The notes below the pieces were generated by a model. It did no database searches, was not told the origin of the DNA, and saw only the letters and a program-made list of their open reading frames with translations. A stretch of 64,000 bases of DNA from Blasia pusilla (lineage: Eukaryota): assembly GCA_050084515.1 (NCBI GenBank), contig CM114271.1, forward strand, positions 27,962,001 to 28,026,000, given 5' to 3'. The position numbers and the translations under genes are program-made. This document shows positions 28,301 to 40,300 of this stretch, piece after piece; position 1 is the first letter of the stretch; each line of letters starts with the position of its first letter.

Positions 28301-31300
28301 ATGCTCATCAGAAAGAGAGGGATCCTGCAGACCGAAGGGAAGGGCAAAAGGGTGAGAAGATACCTCACCAGTACAAAGTTCAGAGATCAACTCGATACGA
28401 TTCTCACCAATCAGCTGCAGTCTCTACTGCGTGATGTCAAGCACTGACCAGAACCAAATGCTGCTATTAGATATAGTGTTGGCATGTGGAAAGTTTTCAC
28501 TTACTAAAACAAAGACAGATTATGTAGATATTGAAGAGCAATACCTTATCTATTGCCACTTCCATGAGTGTACTAGAAGTGGCTTCCTGAACTCTTCCAG
28601 GACTCATTATACTCCCAGTCTTCTACGTCTAATAGGAATCACATTCCAATAGCGACGCTTTACATTGGTCTGTGGGCATCAACCCTCAGGTAGGACCAGC
28701 ATTCTTAGAAAAACTCACCCATGCATTGTAGATTTTCCAGGTTGGTTCCAAGTAATTGGGAGGAGATCCGACCATGAAATTGAGATTTTTAGAAACTGCC
28801 CAAAGGGAAAAATTTACTGGCATAAATTTAGCTAGAAGCATGGAAGACTGGTTGGGGAAAGCGAGAAGTACTGCTGCAGGTCCTGGATTCCTGTGAGCAA
28901 TTTTCAGACTGCCACAAATTCTCGTGAAACTGGAAAGGAGCAGCCCCAGAATGGGAGGGGAAAAATTTATGATCACATGAATCCTCACCATCCTTGGGAA
29001 TGAATGAATGAAGTGTTTACTTGACCACCCATTGGAGAGTGAAGAATGGACAGTGGGGTAGAGTCCCTATGCTAACTTTGCTAGTCCCCTGCACTCTGTA
29101 CCTGACTATGGCTAAGTTGATGACACTGGACCTGCTGATCATTCCAGTCGCCTAGAGCTGCTGCACCTGTATTGGAGATCCCAATCAGGTAAGGTTAATA
29201 GTTTTGTAAAGTGCTTCTTGGTTGGTACATGAAGCTCCACTCCAACAATTTATGTTGTCAGGACTCACTCTACTTGAGAGGTCTTCCAAATTCTCATATG
29301 ATTTTCTCTAAACTTCTCCCTCTCTCTGCAGCCATCCAAGTTTCTAGAACAATCCAACCAGGCTATAGAAACTATGGTTGCAGGGCTACAACAGGCACTA
29401 GTACAGCCTCTATCCCTGATATTTGTTAATTGGTTGCGTAAATGTGTATTCGTGATCCCAATCAGGAAAGCAACACCTTTACTCTGTAGTGTGAGTTGTG
29501 ACATTAGACACATCAGAGAGTTTCCCTCCGCTTGGATGGTAATTTCTTCAATTCTTCCTCTCTGTGTATCCATCTGAATCTCTATCAATGTCCAACCAGG
29601 GCACAGGGTCTGTAGCAAGGCTACAAAAGATACTGCTTAATGAGTACAGTCCCTATGCCTGATCCCCTCACTAGTGGATGGCTTTCAGAAAAAACAACCC
29701 ATCTTGGGGAGCTACTAAAAGGAAAGGCAAGGAAAAAACTTGGTGGATCTAAAAAATAGGGAAACTACAGACCTTCATAAGTCTCGAAAACCTAACCAGC
29801 TAATAGAAAACCAGTGTGCGACCTCTGAGACGGGTGGAGAAGAAAGTAATTAACATATATGTGCATAGGACACGTGGATAGTCTAGATGGCCAGGAAAAA
29901 AAAACAACGAAAACTTGTAGAGGCCATAAAAAGCAGGGAAAACAAATTTAGGAAGAAGAAAATGGCCAGCAGAAAATAAACTTATTCCTATGGACAACCT
30001 GAAGGGATTTTTCTTTAAAACCAATCAACCAAAACGAATTCCAGAAAAATGATTAAAGCAAATCGTTGCCTGAGGCCTGGTGTTCAATAGTGTAGAATGT
30101 CCAGTAGATTTACTTTCCTTGGACACTAACAGCTTCTATTTCCACCACTTACCACTGTAAATATTGCAGTTTCAAGACCCATACCCCTAGTGAGGTCACC
30201 ATAAATACTAAATCAGTTTGTGAATTCCCCTTCACTAACCTTAATTTGCAAACTCTCAGTGGCTAGCATCAATGAATTGCCAGCTCCATAAACTGAGGAC
30301 AGTTAAATACTGTGACTTGATCCACTATTCAACATAGGATGCAACTTCGAATAATGGGAATCAAGATGAAAATTCCTTACAAGATTGCCTGTGTTGATGC
30401 TCTCCATGTGTCCATCCATCAATAGCCAAGCTCCAGCACAAAGGTACTGCCGATGCTGGGGGAAGCTGTGATTCATGGCAGTCAACGCATTAAGGGCATA
30501 TGATGGATCATGTGAAGGTTGCAAGATCTGCTGACAATGATGCATGACAGTCGCTTCCACCTGTAAGGATCCAAAGGAGGCTGGTTAGTTTAGTGACAAT
30601 CATCAGACAAAATGAAGCCAAAGTTGCATCCTAATCTAGTATGCATGATCTCTCACACCTGAGTGGACATAATGACTTGAGGTTCTTCACATGCATGCCC
30701 CAACTCTTTGCTTCACTGACTAGGAAAAGGATGAGAGGAAATTAAGCAAATCGAGATAATCTTTACCCACCAGCTACGACAGTAGAGTTGCAGACAACCC
30801 TTTTTCTACTGTTCTAGAACCCAGCCCAAGAAGAAGTAAGAATCAGCAGAATAAATGTACCCCTTGCCACTGTTGTATGATTTGAGCTCGCTTGTCAGGA
30901 CGCCCAGCAAGAGCCTCTCGAAGTGCAGGAGGGAAGTGCCGCATGGTCTTCTCTGACCAAGTATGTTGACTGCTTGCCAATATTTGTTCTAGGGCCGGCT
31001 GTAGAACAAGCATCTGCTCAATCTCTGCAATCCCACGAGTCTTCATTGTGAAAGCGAGATTAATCACCATCGCCCTGTTCAGTGTTTCTGTGAATTCTGT
31101 AGTTGCCCCCTACAACCAGTTATGCTCCCATTAGTGCTGACAGCTTCGAGAGGAGTCAAAAATTAGTATGTTGCATAGAATCTAAGATTGTTACACCAGT
31201 TTTTTATCATGAATGCACGAAACCAAACTTTAGAAGTCTTAATCCCTCATTCTAAGATTCTAAGTCAAACACCGCCAATCAAAGCCCAACACACCATTCC

Positions 31301-34300
31301 GATATACCTTGAGCTCCTTCTTTATGAGCATAACTTCTCGCATAGACAGAATAAGATTCAAGCCTAGATTTTCAGCCAACCGAATAGACGATGTTCACCA
31401 CGCTTGACTTTCACAGTAATGAGAATCTTGGCGATGTCGAATATCAGTTGCTTGATCTTGCCCTGGTACCTGCTCATGCCATTAAAGTTGAAAATGTGAA
31501 AAAAACACAACCAACATGCCTTTCAACAATACCCAATCCAAACAAGAGTTGCACAAAGGACCTAAGAGCACTTAAAGATTCACTCTGCACATGAAGCTAG
31601 GGCCCAGGGTTGAGCCCTGCGAATACCTATATAAAGGCAAGAGTCGATAGTTTAATAGCTCCAATAGAAGAAGTGAGACCCCTGGTTTTGCCAATCCTTG
31701 CTGATATCTCTGCATCATTCCCTGTTGTCATTCCATGAGTTTGAGGTTTCACAGTTAAGCTGTGAGAAACCCTTCTCTTTGAATATGCAGTGATTTGGAT
31801 GAATGATTGACCACAGTAGTTATGGATGCAAACCATAAAAATAGTAAGGCTGACTAGCTTTCTATAGCAAATTCTAATGAACATCAATCACATCACCTCT
31901 ACATCTATGGCTTGTCCAGGTGTCTTACATTCACGTGATGTCGGAAGAGTGTCTGAGGTGCAACCAGCAGAAATCGCACGTACGTTTCTACCATACCTAT
32001 GTTTGGCACAGTCTGCAAAACAAGATGTGATTTACTAACAAGCAGTAAACGTGTTTCTGTATGTTGTGACAAACGGACAAGTGGTTTATTACAGCAGACC
32101 TGTGGATTTAGAACCTTGAGTACATAGAAGAGTTAATTAGAAGATCTTCCACTGCACTTGAGTTTTGACTGCCAAAAAGAAAAGCATGCATAAATAAAAT
32201 AAGGATGGTAAAAGATCCATGAAGAAAACAACATGTTAACATGTATGATAAGATGCAAGATGTTTTGATCTAAGTTTCCTAAACTCAGTGGGTCTGGCAA
32301 CAACAGGGCCAGAATTGGTCAGCAAGGAACCAAATTTTGCAGCGATTTTGAGGCAGACAATAGTTTCAGATCAATATAAGAAGAACTGGGAGCAAATCAA
32401 ACTAGCTTGCTCAGTGGCAACGCACCCGACACTCTTGTTAAAAAGTCTAATCAGTCGCAAAAGGGAAGCGTATTTCTTGTGTGGCTTCCATTTGAAATGA
32501 TTTGACTTTGGAAGACAGTTGAACCTAATGGCAGAACCACTAAAATGAAGGGTTCAAAACATAGATTTCTTGTCTTAACCAGCTGACCTAACAGTGGAGG
32601 ATATTAGCAGGAGTGCACAGCACCTGTCCAGCAAAAATCACTTCTTCAATCTGGTTGACAAGGCGGGAACATAAATGCAAAGACAGCCCCGAGATTAGTG
32701 TGATGGGCAACGGCCGAATCTCATGAACCACAGCAATTCTATCACCTGTCTGGCCTGGTCCCATAACTTCTGAAACACCCTTTGAGTTCAACCAGGCCAT
32801 AATTGCTTCACAGATTGGTTGGATAACTGTATGTGAAAGCACCCACACCATTCCCATGGACTTATCATCCAGATTTGAATAATCCAGCACGCGCTCTCCT
32901 AAAAAACATTAGACATCAAGTCATCAATTAGTCAGAAGTAGTGCTGCAAACACATCCACTGTCCAAACCAAACTCGACACTAACATTTAGTGAAAATTCC
33001 AACACCATTAGACTGGTATCGAGAGGCATACACAGGACTAACAGTGTTTATTTCACACATCATCAGATTGAAGCATATTGGAACAGACAGTTTTGTTCCC
33101 AACTTGCCATAGGAACTTTGGTCTCATCAACCAATACTAAGGGCTTGTCCAAGGCTTCTCACCTTTGCCGACTTGTTTCCACCATTCATCAATCTGTTTC
33201 CCCTTTTGGATATGTTCAGGCATGCGGCTGCCAGTCAGTTGCTCCATCATTTGACGGTTGAGTGACCACAGTCGTAGAATCTGGCTACTACCCACAAAAT
33301 CTAAGAGCATATTTTGTGAAGGTAAATTTGCATTTTGATCCACTGGCCGCTCTGCCATGTGGAATGACAATATCTTCTGAGCTGTTTCAAGCTGCAGAAA
33401 GACACAATAAGATCTCTTATTTTTTCCGCTCTTATTTTATATCCATGGCTGCAGCGAAAGAAAATTGTACTCTCAAGTAATGAATTCAATTATTCTGATA
33501 GGTCCCAGACATTCAAAACTTGAAAGGATGATTTAACTAACAGGAAGCATAGATCACCTAATTATAGTCATATTCATGAAGCTCTTTTCTGAATTCTCCA
33601 TTTTTCCTTGGCTAAAACTTACTCAACCCCTTAAACATTTCAGCCAATAACTGAACCTTTGTAAACACAACAAAATTCTGAATTGTTGGGAATTGTTCCC
33701 AGATCTATATTTAGCATCAGAATGAGAAAATGACTGACCAGCAGAAGTATCTCCTTGTACAAAGTCAGAGCTAGCATCAGCTAGACCATCCATGATTTCA
33801 GCTTGTACACAATCAGCAAATCAGTCCCTATCTCTATTGCCAAATCAGAGCCCTACCATGATGTGACTCTTCTTACTATCTAAGAGATACTAAGAAGGAT
33901 TCTACTCAGCCACACCTTGCACTCACACTACAGGTCCTCACATGTCACCAGCTCAGAGATCAGACATGGCTCACCATTGAGCACAAACAATCTCCATCAG
34001 CATACTAAACAAAACAACCTGCCTTCCAGTGAGGCTCTAGCAAGCACAGCAATTAGTCTCAATCTCCTCTTCCTACTCTCTGATCACTCTGCAGCAGGAC
34101 CAAGAGCCTCAGGAGTCCTCACCAAAACTGTGCATGCTGTAGAATTGGCTTCTGCTCTCTAAAGAGAGACATTATATACATGAGGGTGAGCACTTCTGGC
34201 CCTTGGATCTTCTTGAACAGATCCATACCCTAAATAACAGATGGTGGCTAGCCCTAACTCGAGAATTGCCCTAATTCAAGGTTACCCTAAGAAGATAGAG

Positions 34301-37300
34301 GAACACTAAGTTATCTCTAGCTAACTAAATTAGTATCCAACTAAGTTAGTATTTGACTAACTACTTTTAGGGCATGACCAAACTAGATATTAACAAATTT
34401 CAACAGAGAAGTCTCACATACTCTCTGTTTTGTGCAAAAGCCATAGCAAGATGTGTTGAAATTGCAACTATAAGATCAGGAGCGAAAAAATCTGTTTTTT
34501 ATTATGAAAAGTTAATTTTTTCTATCTATAGGATAAATTCTATTTTTAGGTTTATTAACTAGACCTTTAGGATTTCGCAATAGCCGATTTAGTCTTAGTT
34601 AAAAACCTTTAGGGTTTCATAATAGCCTCCTTTAGCCTTAGTTAAAGACTTTTAGGGTTTAAGATAGCCAGGGGCTATCCTATAAGAGCAAGAGGCATAC
34701 CAGAGCACTCTTATTCTCTTCTCTACTTTCCTGGACCTGCGAACTTCATGATTGCTGCCCCTCAGCTTGGGTGGCTGACCTATTGTGATAGAAGGAGTTG
34801 ATGTTTTGGAGGACCTGCTGCTGGAGGAGATAGTGTGCTGCTTGAAAAGGCATCAATAGTGTAGAGAGTCTCTTCTTCCTATAGGGAGGAAGTTTGTGAG
34901 TAGTAGATCAATCAGATCTCTCTCATGTTTTTGTAAGTACAGAGTTTCCTTTTCCTATTTGACGTCTGTGAAGCTATTCCATGTATCTGTAATCTGCTGT
35001 AACTTCTTGGAGCTTGGAGAAACAAATTAGCTCTGTAATCAAAGTCAGTATTTGTTTACTCTGTTTTTCTTTCAGGTTATGGGCCCCTGGTAAGTGATAT
35101 GGATCACTGGGTTAGCAAGAAATTAGACGCTACTAATTGGAGAAAGTGGTCTTTTGAAATGAAGATCCTTTGTTGTCACGAGGATTGTTGGGAAGTGGTC
35201 CAATGTGCACCAACAGCAATGCAACTGTTGGATGCAGAATGGATCAAATCCAACAATAGGGCAATGGCTGCATTGGTTATGAACATGGGAGACTCTGCTA
35301 TAGAGATGGCCCGTGACAAACCAAATGCTCATGCCATGTGGGAGACTGTGAAAGAAGGCTTACAAACTGAATCTGTAGGACACATCTTTAGTGTCCTTCA
35401 GAACCTTGTGAACTTGCGCCAGGACGAATCTGAGCCTGTTGCTTCTCATGTGGCGAGGGTGAAAGGGATGATTTCTACTCTCATCGAAGGAGGTCTCAAA
35501 GTAGACGATGTTTTCCAAGTAGGTCTACTTCTCAGCACTCTCTCTAAGAGTTTTGAGACTGTGAGTACTGTGTTGGAAGCTCAAGAGAAAAAGAAACTTA
35601 CCTGGGAGTATGTCAACGGACAACTCATCAATGAAGAATCGAAGCATGCTGGTAGGAACAATGTATCTGATGAGATCGCTCTTGCTGCCAAGGTTGGTAA
35701 GAGAGGGTACAATGAAAAGGGCAAGAAGAAGCTCAAGTGCACATATTGCAACATGCTGAACTATACAGAAGAGGTCTGTTGGAAAAAGGTGAGAGACCTG
35801 AGAGGCAAGAAGAAAAGTTTGGGAAAGTTCAACACTTCCGAGAAAGCTCATGTGGTTGAAGATAGCGATGATGATCAACTATTCATGACTTTGGAAGGTG
35901 ATGTACCATTCGAATCAAGTTCTGGGGATGCTTGGTACATTGATACTGGAGCAACATCTCACATGTGCCGTAAGAGAAGTTGTTTTAGCAACATTCAGAA
36001 AATCTCTACACGCAATGTAACAGTGGCAAGCAATCACAAGCTGGAAACTTCTTCCAAAGGTGAAGTTCATCTAAATCTGAAAGGTTGTAGAGAATTACTT
36101 CTCAAAAATGTCCTTAATATTCCCGAGATAGGAAAAAATCTGATCTCTGTGAAAGTCTTAGCAAGTGAGGGTTTCAAAGTGTTGTTTACAGATGATCATT
36201 GCATTATTTTTTATCATGATACAACTGAAATCGGAAAAGCTTCGATTGTGAACAATCAGCTTTATAAACTTCATACAACACATGTTGATGAAGAACAACA
36301 TTGGATCTGAAGAAAATTCTTTAGACACTTGGCATAGGCAACTTCAGCACATCTGGGAATTCAGAATATGATGAAACTCCAGAAGATGGTTGTTGGATTC
36401 CATTTACAACCTGATAGTTCAGAATTCTTTTGTGAAGGTTGTATAGAAGGGAAACAGAGTAGAATTTTACACCTAAGAAGTCCAAAACTAGAGTAGGAGA
36501 AAAGCTTGAGCTCATCCACTCTGATGTGTGTGGACCGATGAAAGTAGCATCTCACGGAGGTGCAAAATACTTTGTTTCTTTCACTGATGACAAGTCAAGA
36601 AGGACGTTTGTCTACTTGATGAAGACAAAGGATGAAGTCTTGGACAGATTTCAGCACTTTGTCAATGAGGTTGAGAATGAGCTTGGCCTGAAAGTGAAAG
36701 TGCTTAGAACTGATGGAGGTGGAGAATACATCAACAAACAGTTAAAAGATTTCTTATCTCAAAAGGGAATCAAGAGTCAAGTTACTGCAAGGAGCAGTCC
36801 AGAGCAGAATGGAGCAGCTGAAAGATTGAATAGGACATTGGTTGAAAGAACCAGGTCCATGCTCTCCACAGCAAACCTTGGTCGAGAATTTTGGGAGAAG
36901 CCTAACTACTGCCAACTACTTGAAGAATTTGAGTCCTTCAACAGCATTGGACAACTTGACACCAGAGGAAGCATGGAGTGGTAAGAAACCAGATCTCTCT
37001 CACCTGAAAGTTTTCGGGTGTTGTGCTTATGTTTTGATTCCAAAGGAGAAAAGAACAAAGATGGACTCCAAATCGGAGAAATGCATATTCTTAGGGTATG
37101 AACCTGGATGTAAAGGGTACAGACTCTTCAATCCAAGCACTAAGAAAGCAATCAGAAGTAGGGATGTCTATTTCAATGAGAAAGATCTTGGTAGCAGCAT
37201 TACTAGCACTGCAGAAGTCAGTTTTGAAAAGGAGTTGACATTCTTTAAAGATATCAAGGTTGAAGAAAATGATGATGAGGTTGATAAATCTCCAAGGAGA

Positions 37301-40300
37301 TTATCTCCAACCAGATTTTACGTAAGGAGAAAGCCTGATGTAGAAAGATCAGAAGTACCATTAGAGAGTACCGATAGTTATCTTACAGGCACAGAGCAAC
37401 AACCTCCAGTTCGAAAATCAACAAGGACATCCAAAATTCCAATTCGACTTGGGAAAAGTCTTGGAAAAGGTGAGACTGACCAGCAAGAAGAAAGATTCAC
37501 AGAGGAATCGCATCTGGCTGAAGTGTGTTACCAAGCCCTTGATAATGCAGGTTGTACATCAGGAATGTTAGAGGCTGATGAACCGCTAAGTCTTGAAGAA
37601 GCTCTCACTAGAGATGATGCCATCCAGTGGGAGCAAGCGGTACATGAAGAGATGGGATCTCTCCAAAGCAATCAGACTTTTGAGGTGGTGAATTTGCCCC
37701 CCATGAGGAAGGCAATCGGTTGCAAGTGGGTCTTCAAAGTGAAAAGAGGACCTAAGAATGAGGTGGTCAAGTATAAAGCTCGACTAGTTGCTAAAGGCTA
37801 CAGTCAGATTGAAGGACTTGACTATGCAGAAACTTTTGCTCCTGTAGCAAAATTTACTTCCATAAGAAGCTTGCTAGCATTAGCGGCAAAGCATAATTGG
37901 GAGATACATCAAATGGATGCAAAAACCGCCTTCCTCCATGGAGAATTGCATGAGGAGATTTACATTCAACAACCAGAAGGTTTCAAGATGGAGACAAGGT
38001 ATGGTTGCTGAAGAAAGCCTTATATGGACTCAAGCAAGCATCAAGACTCTGGTATGAGAAAATTGACGGTTATTTTCAGAAGTTGGGTTTTCACAAGAAT
38101 AGGGCAGATCCTAGTGTTTATCACATGTTGAATATTGTGGTTCACATAGCACTGTATGTAGATGATTTGTTACTCCTCTGTGAAGACCTGAAAACTATGC
38201 ACAGGCTGAAGCGTGGACTGAGTGAAGCTTTTGAAATGGTTGATCTAGGAGAAGTAAATTATTTACTCGGAATACAAATCACTAGAAATAGAGATGTTGG
38301 TTGGATCAAGATGAGCCAAACCAAATATGTGAAGAATGTCATCAATCGTTTTTCTATGGGTGATTGTAATCCAGTAGGGACACCCATGGAGGTAGGAATC
38401 AAGCTTACCAAGGAAATGTGTCCTCAAACTGAATTGGAGATGAATGAGATGGCTAACATACCATATCAGAATGCAGTGGGCTGCATTATGTATGCAATGG
38501 TTGCCACAAGGCCAGACCTTGCATACACAGTGGGAGTTTTGAGCAGGTTCATGCACAACCCTGGCTTGCAACATTGGCAAGCTGTCAAGCGTGTGATGAG
38601 ATACCTGAAAGGCACTCACGACTTTTGCCTCACATATATCAAAGAGGCAGAAGTAGATCTAATTGGTTACAGTGATGCTGATTGGGCAGGAGATCTAGAC
38701 AATAGACAATCTACTTCTGCATATTGCTACTTGCTGTGTGGAGGAGCTATTAGTTGGAGCAGCAAGAGACAATCCACCGTAGCACTTTCCACATGTGAAG
38801 CAGAATACATGGCCCTAACACATGCTGCCAAGGAGGCAATATGGCTTAGACGCCTCCTTGATGGTTTTGGATGCCATCAAGCAAGACCTACAAAAGTGTA
38901 TGCTGATAATCGGGGCAGTATTGATCTAACCAAGAATCCGATACACCATGCGAGGACAAAGCACATTGATATACAACATCACTTTATACGGGAAAAGGTT
39001 GGAGTGGAATTTGAATTAGAACACTGTGCAACAGAGGACATGGCAGCTGACGTGTTCACAAAATCTCTCACCAAGGTTAAACACCTAAGGTGCATGGAGT
39101 TAATTGGAATACACCTGAACTCACATTGAGTGGGAGTGTTGAAATTGCAACTGTAAGATCAGGAGCGAAAAAATCTGTTTTTTACTATGAAAAGTTACTT
39201 TTTTATCTATAGGTAAAATTCTATTTTTAGGTTTATTAACTAGACCTTTAGGATTTCGCAATAGCCGATTTAGTCTTAGTTAAAAACCTTTAGGGTTTCA
39301 TAATAGCCTCCTTTAGCCTTAGTTAAAGACTTTTAGGGTTTAAGATAGCCAGGGGCTATCCTATAAGAGCAAGAGGCATACCAGAGCACTCTTATTCTCT
39401 TCTCTACTTTCCTGGACCTGCGAACTTCATGATTGCTGCCCCTCAGCTTGGGTGGCTGACCTATTGTGATAGAAGGAGTTGATGTTTTGGAGGACCTGCT
39501 GCTGGAGGAGATAGTGTGCTGCTTGAAAAGGCATCAATAGTGTAGAGAGTCTCTTCTTCCTATAGGGAGGAAGTTTATGAGTAGTAGATCAATCAGATCT
39601 CTCTCATGTTTTTGTAAGTACAGAGTTTCCTTTCCTATTTGACGTCTGTGAAGCTATTCCATGTATCTGTAATCTGCTGTAACTTCTTGGAGCTTGGAGA
39701 AACAAATTAGCTCTGTAATCAAAGTCAGTATTTGTTTACTCCTGTTTTTCTTTCAAGATGGAGTTCAGCAATAGCATACCAACTATTCTATATGCAAACT
39801 TATGATGCAAAATTCAAATGAACACTATTCTAAGTTGAGAAATGAAAGCAGCCACACTTGCAATCTTCTACAGTTGTACACACCTTCTTAGAGTCGGTGC
39901 TGAGAGGAGTTGTGACAGTATCAAGACGAAAGGCTTGAGCGAGAAGCCATGTGACATGATTACTGCGCATGACTGGTTGCTCCCCAAGGGTAAAACGTGC
40001 CGCTAGTTTATAAATGAACTCCAGAAAGTCTATGTAACCACTGCGCATGAAGAAGTAAAAAAGGTCTGCAAAACTCAGCCACTCTTGCCATCGACCTGCC
40101 TCAGTCATTGAAACATGAACTGAACCATTGCCTGAAGCACACGATAACAATTGAGTTACATAAAGAACACACTTGGGATAGAAGAATCATCACAGAAACA
40201 CCTACAGAAATCCGAATAAAGTTAACACTCAGGTAGCCTTGTGAGGTCATCGGTCTGTTCAATGTACTGAGTATCTTAGAACGCTCATGAGGCACCAGCA

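Noticed and set aside
28200-29700. Possible LINE or other transposon remnant in intron 13
   Set aside because: No motif I can identify confidently; needs BLASTX.
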